This document shows, in pieces, positions 26,160 through 39,299 of a stretch of 64,000 bases of DNA (the stretch's first letter is position 1; each line of letters starts with the position of its first letter). The position numbers and the translations under genes are program-made. The notes beneath the pieces were generated by a model. The model saw only the letters and a list, made by a program, of their open reading frames with translations. It was not told the origin of the DNA and searched no databases. Source of the DNA: Octopus vulgaris (lineage: Eukaryota). The stretch lies in contig OX597814.1 in NCBI GenBank assembly GCA_951406725.2, positions 22,878,001 to 22,942,000 of the forward strand, in the 5' to 3' direction.

Positions 26160-27063
26160 CATGTGTAGGCTTGAAAGAAATTATGCTAGTTTGCTTTGCT
26201 GGGTGTGTAATATCAGTGTGCATATACAACAGAATGTAAGCACCCGAGAGAAAAGTTGGACATAAGAATCATCAGATGTGGTATGCAAGAGAGATGACTG
26301 CGCTTGTATGGTCATGTGTTGCATATGGATGAGGACAACTGCGTGAGGAAGTGCCACTCCCTAACTGTAGAAGGAACCTGTGGAAGAGGTAGACCCAGGA
26401 AGACATAGGATGAGGTGGCAAAGCATGACCTTTGAACGTTGGGCCTCACAGAGGCAATGACAAGTGACTGAAACCTTTGGAGATATGCTGTGTTTGAGAA
26501 GACCCAGAAATCCAAGTGAGATTGTAGCAATGGTCGATGACGTGTCACATAACTGGCCCGTTTAAAGGTACCCCTTCAGTTGTTGAGCAATATACTGTGC
26601 TTGGGAATACCTGTTGAGCAAAGTGAAATCATAGTCATGGCTGATGCCAGTGCCACCTGACTTGCACCCATGCCAGTGGCACATAAAAAGCACCGTTTGG
26701 GTATGCTTGATACCAGTGCCCCCTGACCGGCTCCTGTACTGGTGGCACGAAAAAAGCACCATTCAAGTGTGACTGATGCCAGTGCTACCTGACTGGTACA
26801 CCTACTGGTGGCATGTAAAAAGCACCATTCGAGTGTGGTCGATACCAGGGCCACCTAACTGGCTTCCATGCCAGTGGCATATAAAAAGCACTGACTACAC
26901 TCTCAGAGTGGTTGGCATTAGGAAGGGCATCCAGCTGTAGAAACCTTGCCAGATCAGATTGGAACCTGGTGCGGTCTCCCAGTTTGCCAGTCCTCAGTCA
27001 AACCGTCCAACCCATGCCAGCATGGAAAGCAGACATTAAACAATAATGATGATGATGATGATG
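26160..27063 (+). mobile_element. RTE LINE 3' fragment with about five ~60-bp UTR subrepeats
   Basis: EGTCGRGRPRKT motif; repeated gtggca..aaaagcac units; (ATG)n tail. Confidence 0.85.
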
Positions 27064-28225
27064 AATGATTGATTGATACACTGAACTTAACCTTTTAATA
27101 GATTTAGCAGAATGATATATATTTCTGGATAGATTTCTCTACTTGTTATAGATTCTATTTAATTATTTACAGAAAATGAATTTGAAATTAATTTGACAAA
27201 CAAATAAATAAATAGATAAATAAATAAATATATAAATAAATTGTATAAAGCTTAAAAATCCAAAATTTAAAACTGTATCAACAAATGATCAATCAATTTA
27301 TTTCATGTGTGTAAGGTCATATGTGACAATTTTCAAAGGTGGGTGTTTTTGTCTATTTGCAATTGTACATTCATGCTAACGTAAGTTTATGCATGTGGTA
27401 AAAAAAAATTAGCATCTATGCAAATATTTAATTCCTACTACGTATCATAGATCAGCTATCTTTTGACTACATAAAATTTGTTACTTCAAATCGAAATGTT
27501 TGTAGTGTGTAGTGAGATGACAGAAGAATTTCAGGTTGCAAACCTTTCAAAGAAATCTACTAGGATAACTTAAAGAGAATAACAATTTCTAGGAAACCTC
27601 AAAATAATATTAACCAGAAGAAAATCTTTTGGGATATAGATTTAGAGGTTCCATTCAACCAATCAATAATCGAAAAATACAAATAAAATCTTATAATTGA
27701 GCATTGATTCTAGAATAAGTCTTAAACTACTTTGTTTTCAAGTTAGTCTATTTGTAGAGTACTTCAAGGAAAATACAATTCTAAGGAATCTTATTACCAT
27801 ATTTTATTCCAAAGATAACAAATGAAAATAGGTCTGCAACTTCCATTTCTATTTATGCAGCTTTTTACATCTTATTCCTCGTAATTCTCTAAGTAGTTTC
27901 AAAGTAACAGAAGATTTAAATACACACATACACATACAAAAATAGTAATAGAAATGATAAATATTATAAGAATTAATGTTTCTAGCTAAATTCTTCCCTA
28001 TACTATTTTTATACCTAGATTCCATTGAAAGTATCCAGTTTCTGTTATTTTCCTAATTCTTAGTGGATTAGTAGAATATATATAACAATAGCAGAATAGT
28101 TATCACATGATGATAACAACGGGCTTATTTAGGGATTCATTGGTGAATAAAATATGTTTTGTTCTTCAACTTTTAAACTGAATGAAGTGATGCTTTGAGT
28201 ATTTTCCTTCAGCCTATCATAACAG

Positions 28226-28226
<1 letters not shown>

Positions 28227-28259
<33 letters not shown>

Positions 28260-28406
28260 GTTTAACATCCACCTTCCATGCTGGCATGGGTTGGACGGTT
28301 CAACTGGACTTGGGAAGCCAGAAGGCTGCACCAGGCCCAGTCTGATCTGGCAGTGTTTCTACAGCTGGATGCCCTTCCTAACGCCAACCACTCCATGAGT
28401 GTAGTA
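28227..28406 (-). mobile_element. RTE 3'-derived short element
   Basis: (CAT)n then ttccatgctggcatgggttggacgg. Confidence 0.8.
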
Positions 28407-28496
28407 GAATATATATAATTAAAAAAAAAACCAGTTTTAAATAAGGTATATTCATGATAATCAGTCAGTGTGTGTGTATACATGTGTGCGTATGTA

Positions 28497-28562
<66 letters not shown>

Positions 28563-28931
28563 TGTGTGTTTGAGCTTGCATATGGATGCACATGTGTACC
28601 TTTCATCATCAGCATCATCATCATCATCAGCATCATTTTCATTGTTTTATTATCAACTTTCTGTGCTGAATTGGCTCAGATGAGTTTTTTGAGACAACAT
28701 ATTTTGTAGCCAGATATTTTTCCTGTTGCTACCCTTTTAGTCATCTATTACAACATGCAGGTACATGGGGTACCTAATCTAAAACTTTGATAGTTATGCT
28801 GATGTTCATGAGGCAGTAGTTATGAAGTACACAGTGGTAGGCCATACATATTTCAACTAGTTTCAGCATCTTCTCACAGAGCTTGCATAACCCAAGAATG
28901 GATGTCGAGCAATTGTTACATTCATGTAATA

Positions 28932-29188
28932 CATGGAACAAACTGCCGGCATCAGTTGTTAGTTGTCGGAGCACTGCATCCTTCAAAACTTCCATGCTTT
29001 CTGAGATTCACCAACACTACACCTGATTTTCTCCCCTCCATACACACAGGGGCATGTATCTGACTCATACATCGTTCGCTTTCCAGAAATTTTTACATTA
29101 CTGCATGTACTTTATATGCACTTTCTGACAAGTTGTGGTGCATCTGAGCACTGTATACAATAATTTCATCATCATTATTATTATTATT
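28932..29188 (+). mobile_element. CR1/L2-like LINE 3' end
   Basis: WNKLPASVVSCRSTASFKTSM...*, followed by a UTR and an (ATT)n tail. Confidence 0.7.
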
Positions 29189-31842
29189 AATACCAAACAT
29201 GTAGCCTCCAAACTAACCATGTTTAGTGTTCTCCAAAGTCACCATGTTTGGACTATCATGTTTGGAGTGTGTTTGAAAGTGAGACTAATCATCATCCTCA
29301 GAATATTGGATGCTGAAAACCACTTTTGTCCAGGGGATGTGTGAGATGAATAAGAACCATGTCAAAATTCCAGTCCTGAAATTGCAGGAGTCATAGAAGC
29401 TGTAGGCAGTTTCATATAATAATCATATATGGAAGCTTATTGAGAAATATGTGCAGAAATTTTTTTGTAAATAAATTTGGTTTTTGCTAGGTTAGAGTTG
29501 TTTTATTAAATTACCCAATATTTCCTCAAATGCCTCTCATGCCATATACATGTGTGAGTGTGATTGTGTGTGTTAATGTGTGTGATTGTGTGTGTGAGTG
29601 TGTGTGTGTGTGTATGTGTGCATGTGTGTGTGCGTGTGTATTTGAAGGTATTAGATTCTTATAGACAGAACATTTGTATTCCATTAACTCAAAACATTAT
29701 TAAATATTTTCAGTAACATATGGAAAGCTAAACAAATATTTTGTATCCATATACAATACAAACGTCTAGTGGGTAGTGATGGTGCTGATTGCTATATTTG
29801 CAAATTCAGCATCACACATGAGAGAGGTAGAGAAAGATTGATGCTATTTGTTATGTGTATAAAGTTCACAACAACATATAAAAGTTGAAGCTTTTGCGGA
29901 TATTCTATGTTTTGAAACAATTTAAGAGGTGACATGAATAAAGTGATCTTTAGAGACTTTAATAAATGATCCTGTTTTCTACCAATAATAAAAGTTGAAA
30001 ATTAAATAAACTTTAAAACAGTATGTAAAAATTCTAGAAAATTTCAGGAATATTTCATCCGATAATAAATAAAAACATATATCAATACAATAAAACAGAT
30101 GTTTTCAACTACGATATCATATTCCTACATAAACACAGAAATGTTGGGGTTTGAGTCATTTCTTCTTATACTGATTTTTTATTGCGTATCACAATTTTCA
30201 TCATACCAGTTTACCTCATCCGTATCCATAGTAACAACAGTTTATTGACTGATGCACAGAAATATAGCATTATGAGATCATACAATCCCTTCCAATGATC
30301 ATGTTAATCTTATTGTATTACTATTGAGTGTATGTATACATTATTGTTTGATTATGTTGACTACATTCTATTTGTGGATTTGAAATATGTTCCGCATCCA
30401 TATGTATAAATAATTCAGTTCTTTTATGTAAACTTGTAGGTAGACAAGCAGGAAGATTAAAAAAACAAACTAAAAACAGAAGTGAAAGCAATTACAAGAG
30501 ACAAGCTGGCACCTCTAACTCTTACTAACTGATAAAACAAATGTCAAAGTAGTGCTTCTGCTGTAAATCTAGATGAATGTATTTGTTATTGATGTGAAAA
30601 TACATATTTTATCTAGAATTAGTGTTAGTTTAACTGAAAATGATCAGACACATGATTGCTATAAATCTGTCATTCATTTCATTTTTTTTCTTTTTCTTTT
30701 TTCCTTTTGTCTCTTCTGTCAGTACAGCACAATGTATATTTCTCAGAAGTTCCCAGATCAACTTCTAGCTATGCTCATCTTAACTTACTGTATTGAATTA
30801 AATATTCTTTGACAACTCTACTATGATTATATCTGAACCTTAATCTTTATCTTTGATCTGCAATACTTTAACATTCTGCAACTCTCACTAAGAATGTGTC
30901 TTCTGCTACAGAAACTTTTACAAAACTTTGATGAATATATTAACCAAATCCTGGCCATTCTGTCTTTTATTACTTCTGTATCATATAGAATCATTGGTTT
31001 TAATACTTCAGATAAAAGAAATTGTGTTAGTCATGCTATAAGGCCAAAATAGTTATTTATGAAGGAAAGACAGTTATAGTTTTGGGAATTATATAAAAGT
31101 GTGCGCCAATAAATTAATAATGAAGTTTGCTGAGTCTGTAGCATACTCCCAGAAGTAGTGTAGATATTATTGCATTGGTTGATCATAACTCCATTATTTT
31201 AAGACTTGTTTTCATTCTTACACATAAAACTTAGGCAACTAGATTTACCATGATAAAGAACTTTTAAATTATTAAGTTCATGTTCTCATACTTAACGCAA
31301 CAAGCACAAAATATCTATTTCAAAGAAACTAGAATTGACAACATTAACTCATCGACTACATATATTTTAATCATTTTACTACTGTATATGGGAAATAACT
31401 TTGGATATGTTTTCATCTTATTTGACCTCCTTGGCAAGACATAGATTTCACCATACTTGCTGAAGTAGTTATTAGAGATCACAAAGTAGATGTATGATAA
31501 TGTGCAATACTATAAGCCAGAAAGATTAACATGTTTTAACGAATAAATTACCAAAGATAATTACTTGGAGATGTCATTCACATAAAAAGCAATTGTTTAC
31601 AAATTTTATCAGTAAGTATTTCAAATTTATTTAGAAATAATTATGCTGTAAAGGAAAGATAAAATTAATTAAACTAAGGGAAAGACAAATATAATTCAGT
31701 CAGCAATTGTGAGGATGAATCTACATTGCTAAATATGTTTAAGTATTTTTAGGCCTCCTCAGTGAAAAAATATACTTTAGCAAACATGGCAAAGTAGTGG
31801 TGATAGAAGTAGATGTAAAACATTGAACATGTGTCACCACTA

Positions 31843-31866
31843 TCCTCCTCCTCCTCCTCCTCCTCC

Positions 31867-31965
<99 letters not shown>

Positions 31966-31979
31966 CCATCACCACCACC

Positions 31980-32032
<53 letters not shown>
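31843..32032. repeat. (CCT)n-(CAT)n-(CAC)n microsatellite (expanded RTE tail)
   Basis: Direct inspection; adjoins an RTE 3' end. Confidence 0.95.
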
Positions 32033-32033
<1 letters not shown>

Positions 32034-33370
32034 TTTTGGTGGCCATTTTCCATACTGGCATTGGTTGTACAGTTTGATAGGAGATAGTAAATCAGAAGAT
32101 TCTACCAGACTTTACTATCTGCTTTGGCATGATTTCTATGGCTTGATGCTCTTCCTCATGCCAACCACTTTACAGAGTGTACTGGGTGCTTTCTATCTTG
32201 CACCAGCAGCAGTGAGATCACCAAATAATTTACAAGATATGATCACTCAGCTGAGGTGGGGGAAATAGTATTGAGGAAGGTGGCTTAGAGCCAGATGAGC
32301 AGTTGGAGTATGAGTAGATGGATAGATAGGGGTTTCTGGCAGTAAAGGAGATACATGGCTACCTTAGTAAAAGAGAGAGAGTGAGAGAGAAAGAAAAGAG
32401 ATAAAGAGAAGAGAAAGAGGAGAGAGGATGAAGAGAGAGAAAAGAGAAAGAAGAGAGAGAAGACTGTGAAGATTTGATGGTGGAGCAGGGAAGGGAACAT
32501 TCAAATTATAGAGAGGTGTATATAAGTGAAGTGAGACCAAGGACTGGATAGGTTGATTACAAAAAGGAGTCGGAGGTGGGGCAGAAGAAATGTATTGAGT
32601 AGACAGGTATAATGGGAGGAGTGGCTAGAGGATATGTTGTGCGGAAGAGATTAAGTTGGGGAGATTGGAAAATAGAGGGGTGGGGAGGTCAATGAATGGT
32701 GAGCAAAGTTGGGTGGAAGTGGAGGAGTTGGGAACACGGGATGTGGAAGAGAGGTTTGTCAAGAACAAATTGTATACAAGGTGGTGAGAAAGCTTGGACA
32801 TAATGAACATGCCTTTATGGCTATGATTTTACTTAGCAGGATGTCTTCTTAAGCACAGCAAATTGCCAGTTGTCTTAATTCTTTGTTGTCTCCTCTTTGG
32901 AGCTCAGTTTCTTTAAATCACTTTTCACCACTTTGTCTCATATCTTCTTGGGTCTTTCTCTTTCACATGTACCTTCCATATTTAAAGATTGAGGCTTCTT
33001 TATGCAGCTGTCTCCTTTCATGCACATCACATGACCATACTACAGTTTATATTTTCTCTTGCACACTACATATGATGCTTCTTACATGCAATTTTTCTCT
33101 CAACACAATTACATTTTGTTGTACATGCATACTGACATTGCACATCCAGTGAAGCATACTGACTTCATTTCTTTCAAGCCTTCACATATCCTCTGCAGTC
33201 ACAACCGACATTTCACTACTATATAGCATAGTTGTTTATACACAAGCATCATACAATCTATCTTCCACTCTGAGGAAGGAAGAGGCCCTTTGTTACAAGC
33301 AAAGGGCTCTTTGAACTTAGCCTAACCAGTTCTAATAGTAGCAACTATTCTTTCAGTGCATCCTTCACTA
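32033..33370 (-). mobile_element. Old RTE-family 3' fragment with purine-rich internal segment
   Basis: 3' UTR motifs at 32040-32230 and RT C-terminal remnants at 32820-33370. Confidence 0.6.
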
Positions 33371-33470
33371 CTAGCATATTTAAATAAATACATAACTTCA
33401 TACACACATATACATACATACATACATACATACATACATACATACATACATACATACATACATACATACA

Positions 33471-33945
33471 TACAGGGTGCGGTGAATAAACTGTTGTCTA
33501 AATTACACAAAAATGAAAATAACGCTGAAATCTCATTTTAACAGATATAGTTACCAAAATTATATAAGAATATCTTGAAATACTAAAGAGTAAATCTATT
33601 TAATAAAATTGCTATTGGCTTCAACAACAGCCTCCACACGACTTCAGAATCTTCTGCAACTCTTCTGGACAGTCTCCTTGTTTAAGTTGATGAATGCTGC
33701 CATAATCCTTGCCTTCAGTTCATCTTTGGTGTTACAAGGAGTCTTGTTGGTCTCTTGCTCAACCCCACACATAATAATCAAGGGGATTGCAGTCTGAGGA
33801 GTTAGGTAGCCAGATGTTAGGTGTAATGTGGTCGCAGAAATTGTGTGACAGCCATGACTGGGTTCTCCTGCTTGCATGGCAGGATGCAGAGTCCTGTTGC
33901 CAGACATAGGGTCTTCCAGCAGCTACCCTCTTGACCCAGGGTAGC
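33471..33945 (-). mobile_element. maT (DD37D) transposon 3' remnant
   Basis: WQQD-x37-D (NSSDCNPLDYYVWG); terminus ta-cagggtg. Confidence 0.8.
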
Positions 33946-34529
33946 ACTACCTCCTCCTGTCAAAACACCCAGCCATTGCCAGCATGGAAAACAGACACTA
34001 AACGACGATGACGATGATGATGATGATGATGATGATGACGACGACAACGATGATATATGAATATATATAAAACTGAGATTTTATATACATCAGAGATGCT
34101 GTCTGCATGAAATGAACAGTTAAGTCATTGTGGATACTTATTACAGTAGCATCAAAAATTATTTGAATAACCTTATATCCTCTTGACTTCATTATTTCAT
34201 TATCATTAATAATGATATGATAATATTTCATTATTATTTCTAAATTTCTGTCATTCACTTAGAATGCTACACCAACAGAATTGATTAGAAAAAAATAGTT
34301 AATGAATATGTAACATTTAAAGGATATAATACTATGAAAGCCTTTTCTACTTTCAAAAAGGTATCTAAGTGTACTCATTTATCAAGTATATTTTTCTTTG
34401 ACCTTTTAAGCTTAAATTCTCAAAGATTAAATTTACACTTCAAACAAAGCAAAACATCGAGTCCTTATTTAAGAAAATATAGAATATAATAATCCCTTGA
34501 CATATCGTGGTTCACCTATCAAAGTTTAC

Positions 34530-35095
34530 TGTTGGGTTGTTGGGAGAGTTCGTGCTGATTTTTAAAGGAAAGAAAAAGGTCAATAGATACTTGCCATTAC
34601 ATTTTAAATCAACCAAATATGAACCATTTTGTTGCACAATGTGTCTCCATCTTTCCTTTAACTTGAAAATACCCTCTTCCCAGAATTGAGGTGGTTTCAT
34701 GGCAAAGAATTCATCAAGGTATCTACGTCATCCAAGGAATTGAAATTTTTACCATTAAGACTATTCTGCAGAGACCTAAATAACTGGAAATCCGAAGGAG
34801 CAATATCTGGTGAATACAGAGGGTGGGGTAACACATCCTAGCTGAGCTTCAGCAATTTTTGTCTGGTTCCCAAAGCATCACATGCTGAAAATGAACTTTC
34901 TTATCTTCCATTTTAAAGGGTTACAGAATTAACACAGATTATAGGAACATAAATCTTCTTCCACAAAAAGTTAGCTTAAACTGTGCTCTAAATGGAGATG
35001 TAGTCAAGTCTTATTTTATGGACTCAACCATGTTCTAAAATAAGTTGAAATGTAAGCTACTATAAATCGGTACGAACTTTCTGGACAACCCAATA
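34530..35095 (-). mobile_element. Internally deleted mariner element with both TIRs
   Basis: PHPLYSPDIAPSDFQLFRSL..GIFKLKERWRHIVQQNGSY; TIRs ttgggttgt..agttcgt / acgaact..acaacccaata. Confidence 0.85.
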
Positions 35096-35825
35096 TTTAA
35101 GCTTATGTCAATTTCTCTATGGTGTTGTTTTGCATTTGTAATGAAATAAATATACACAAATTATACAAATAATTAAAAAAAATATACAGTACTGTTTCTA
35201 CTTTGTGGATTTACACCTATTGTAGGGGGGGTTTGGGAATGTGACACCCATGTTAGTCAAAGGATTACTGTACAACAACCTAATGTTCTGATATTTTGGT
35301 TCTTTCATACATATAATCTTTTAGCCGTATAATTTCATAAAATAATGCAGACATATGTTTTCTATTCAGTTTTATGTTAACCAAGATTAGATTTAATCCA
35401 TCTCTTTCCCACTTGCTACTGAACAATAGCCTTTTGAAATTTCATCGTTGCACATGTTTTCCTACAACTGTTGACTTGTAATTATTCAAGAATATCTCCA
35501 CCACAACAATCTCACAGATCTCTTGAGGATTTGCTAGGACCATGCACTTAGAATCTTCTCTCAGACTAAGCTAATGAAAAAAAAAGGACTTTTTAAAAAT
35601 TAGTTTATGAATGTGTAGAAATGATTTCTTTTTAATTCAGACTGAATTAACTAATATGGGCATTTTTAATCAAGTTATCTTATATTCACCAAAATTTCTT
35701 TCTTTTGCTCCATGCTTGAAACTGAACTATTGTTCATACTAAAATGAATGCTAGTTATAAAATTACAAGATTGTGCTTTTTTTCATTCTGATTTGCTTAA
35801 TTTACTTTTTAATATTTTTATGTAA

Positions 35826-35988
35826 ATCATCATCATCCTCATCATCCTCATCATCATCGTTTAATGTCTGCTGTCCATGCTAGTATGGGTTGAACGATTT
35901 GACTGAGGTCTGGCGAACCAGATGGCTGCACCAGACTCCAATCTGATCTGGCAGAGTTTCTACAGCTGGATGCCCTCCTAATGCCAAT
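35826..35988 (-). mobile_element. RTE 3'-derived short element
   Basis: Matches 10452-10600. Confidence 0.8.
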
Positions 35989-36137
35989 CTATTTCATATT
36001 TGTGTTTGTTATTTTTTATCCCCCAGGTATGAGTTCTTCAAATTATCAGCCTCTTAGATACCCTGACCTCCATTGTTCACAACACTAATTAATCCAATGA
36101 TGACTCTCTAATGAATGTTAATGTTCTTTATCATTTT

Positions 36138-36706
36138 AGAAATATTATCATTTCTAAGTCTCTCTAAAGGAGACTACGGCAGCAGTACTGGATATTAATA
36201 GTTATCACCAAGCTAATATGGCAGTCCATAAATATAGGACGAAAGCTGCCATTGATTAGCTCCAAGAGGCCATCACCTCTAGCTAGCCATATGACACACG
36301 GACCTGTATCAATTATAATCTTCGAACAGGGGAGGTCAGCCACTTCCTCTTGCTGGTCAGGCATCTACAGATATGTTTCAGGGTATTTGCCCTTTATCAA
36401 TGCAGAGTAGCCGAACCCAGCAGGTGTTGCTACTGACTGTCTGTTCGAAGGATCATTTACCTAAATTCAGTGGAATACATCCACTGGTTTTCAAAAATAG
36501 AAATATTATTATTTCTAAGTCTCTCTAAAGGAGACTATGGCAGTGGTACTGTGTATTAATAGTTAACGCCAAGCTAATATGGCAGTCCATAAATATAGGA
36601 TGAAAGCTGCCGTTGATTAGCTCCAAGAGGCCATCGCCTCTAGCTAGCTTTATGACACAAGCTTTCGTCCTATATTTATGGACTGCCATATTAGCTAGGC
36701 GATAAC
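36138..36706 (-). mobile_element. Candidate retrozyme: 361-bp structured unit x~1.45 plus ~47-bp terminal inversion, 10-bp TSD
   Basis: Direct repeat 36137 versus 36498; ttatcatttt at 36128-36137 and 36707-36716; internal hammerhead relic. Confidence 0.7.
36365..36405 (-). ncRNA. Degenerate type I hammerhead ribozyme
   Basis: CTGCA-TTGATAA-AGGG-CAAATA-CCCT-GAAA-CATA-TC-TGTAG; helices I and II pair; core differs from CUGAUGA at 2 positions. Confidence 0.7.
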
Positions 36707-36977
36707 TTATCATTTTGTTTTACATATAAACATACAAACAAAATATTTCCTGGCATGAACATTTAATTTTGTTTAGATTTTCAGGCAGTATATCAAGAAC
36801 CATAATGTCCAATGTAACCACTTTTTTTTTATATATGATAAATGTGATTTGAGGAAGATTTAGTTTCTATCTCAAGCTGATCAATTTCTGGCTAAAGCAC
36901 AAAATTCTAGTTCTAAGTTGTTTCTTCTAGGAATATCAAATAATTATGTTATATGTTAATTGAATCAGATATATTCT

Positions 36978-37198
36978 TTTCTTTTATTCTTTCATTCTTT
37001 TGCTTGTTTCAATCATATGGTGGTGGCCATGCTGGAGCACTGCTTTTAGTTAGACAAATCAACCCCAGGACTTATTCTTTGTAAGAATAGTACTTATTCT
37101 ATCAGTCTCTTTTGCCAAACTGCTAAGTTATGGGGACATAAAGACACCAACATCGGTTGTCAAGCGATGGTATGGTGGGGTGAGAAACACAGACACAC

Positions 37199-37265
<67 letters not shown>

Positions 37266-37300
37266 TCTTCTTTCAGTTTCCACCTACCAAATCCACTCAC
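36978..37300 (-). mobile_element. Family A SINE, 5'-truncated, with expanded (TA)n
   Basis: Matches the 3' two-thirds of family A. Confidence 0.8.
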
Positions 37301-39299
37301 ATTGTTGAAATAATTAATGACAATGATCAGTCTGCTACCTATTATTATCAACATTGTCATATTAATACATCCCTTTATGGAAATATAAATTTTAAAGACC
37401 ATTTTTTTGAAAATTCATGAAGAGAATGGGAAAAACAAAGTTTGATCAAAATACCTGAATGGATTAAACTTTCAGAAATGCAGTAGGAAAGATAGTATAA
37501 GGCAAAATGGTTAATAATTTGAAGGCTGAAGGAACAGGAGTAGTTAGAAGTCAATGTAGATCACTCTTATATTATGAATGGGAAAATGGGAGAAAAATAT
37601 TCTTCAGTAAAAAGATGGTGAAGAAGATGAGACAATATGAGTATCAAACAATTGCTAAAATCGAATCAAATTTTATTCTTTTAATTAATTGTTTATTGAT
37701 AATTTATATGATTTCTGGGGAATTAAATACTCCAAAATAGGAAAGAAATTAAGGAATCTTATATAAATCTGACCTAAAACTATAACTTAATAATCAGATA
37801 GTTACAATAATCAAATAGCTTTCTGTTCAGAGTAAATCTTTCTGATTCTTTGCATCAAAATCAATCTCTTTACCTGCTCATTTTCCTTTTCCTGGACATA
37901 ATTTAATATTTCTATTAAATAAACAGTATAAATTTGCGAAATGAATTAAATATTGCTATCTACAAAGATAAATTGGAAATTTGTCTAAATATATCAAAGA
38001 ATAAGATAGGAAAACAAAAGATCATTCAAACAGGTTACTTTATATATGATTAAATCTGCACTTAAAATTTCCTGGTATATCCTTTACTTGATTTCACAAA
38101 GCAATAATTAAATTAATTGATATGCAATGAGAATACTATTTCTGCTAGGTGTACCTTTCCACTACTTGAGAATAAAACCCTAATAAAAGATTAAATTTTA
38201 AGATTTTCTCCCTTCAAATTTTCTGTTTATCACAATTCATCATGTCTCATTTGATCATGGTTGAAATTGAATTTAATGTCAAAATATATTTCAATGTTCA
38301 AGCAACGCTTCATAAATATTAACTTTCTTCTTAGACATATCTATGTGAATTATAGAACTATTACCAAATTAAAAGTTAAAATGAATAACGAAGGCATTCC
38401 AAAACAGCATATTTATACAATTCAATATCAAATTTATCTTTCTAGTGAAATTTTCCAAAGAGACACAAATTTTCTTTTGTGTAAATATTTTACCTTAATA
38501 AGATACTCATGTTCTTCATATATTTTCACATAAGTTTCCTTCATTAAATTTCCATTGATATGTCTGATCAATTTATAATTATTTGTTTTTCAAATTTACT
38601 CTTCTGTCAGGAAAATAATTTTCATGTTTTGAAATAATATTTGCTGAATAGAATTTGAAGTACCTATGCACAAAGTTTAATCACTTACACAATATTAAAT
38701 TTGTAAAGGAGGCTACAGATATATATTTTAATTATTGACAATAGCTGATGTATTGTTCTAAGTGCTAATAGTGATCAATATCTTTTGAGAATGTATCTAT
38801 AATTAATTTATTATATTTTCACTAATTACAAACATTATGGTTTCAAAGTATGGACAAGGCCCTGGGAACAGAGGGTCCAGGGGATGCAAGCGCACCCACT
38901 AAAGTTTTTAGCAGGTGCAAAATCAAAATTTGCACCCCCAAGTTTAGAAGATAGTGTCTAAAAATTGATCTGTAAAAAGTTGCTTGAAGTTAGGTTCCCT
39001 CTCAAAACAAGAACATACATATGTCGACTTACTGTGCAACATTTTATGGTTATTAATCAATGTAATGTCACACACTCCACTTCTGTTCCTACTCAGGGCA
39101 CCCCACACAATGTTCAATATTTGGTGTAAGATTTTTTCTCTTTTCTATCCTTTGCCTCTCTCCTCTTGTGCTCAAAACACTCCCTGTTTATTTCTATCTG
39201 CCTCTCTCTACCTATCTGCTACCTTTCTCTCTTTATTACCTCCCATTTCCTCTTCTGTCCATCTATGTCAAGTGAGCAACACCAATCTCAGTATATATT

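Noticed and set aside
26630-26900. Regularly spaced repeats resembling a CRISPR array
   Set aside because: The spacers are homologous to each other, they lie in a LINE 3' UTR, the context is eukaryotic and there are no cas genes
30222-30235. Match to the RFX X-box consensus (gtatccatagtaac)
   Set aside because: Roughly one such degenerate match is expected by chance in 64 kb, and no linked gene is evident
31739-32268. Poly-His/Ser/Met ORFs (also at 20337, 41177, 15357)
   Set aside because: Translations of trinucleotide microsatellites
36027-36090. Acceptor-like site followed by MSSSNYQPLRYPDLHCSQH*
   Set aside because: No partner exon or homology; all frames close quickly
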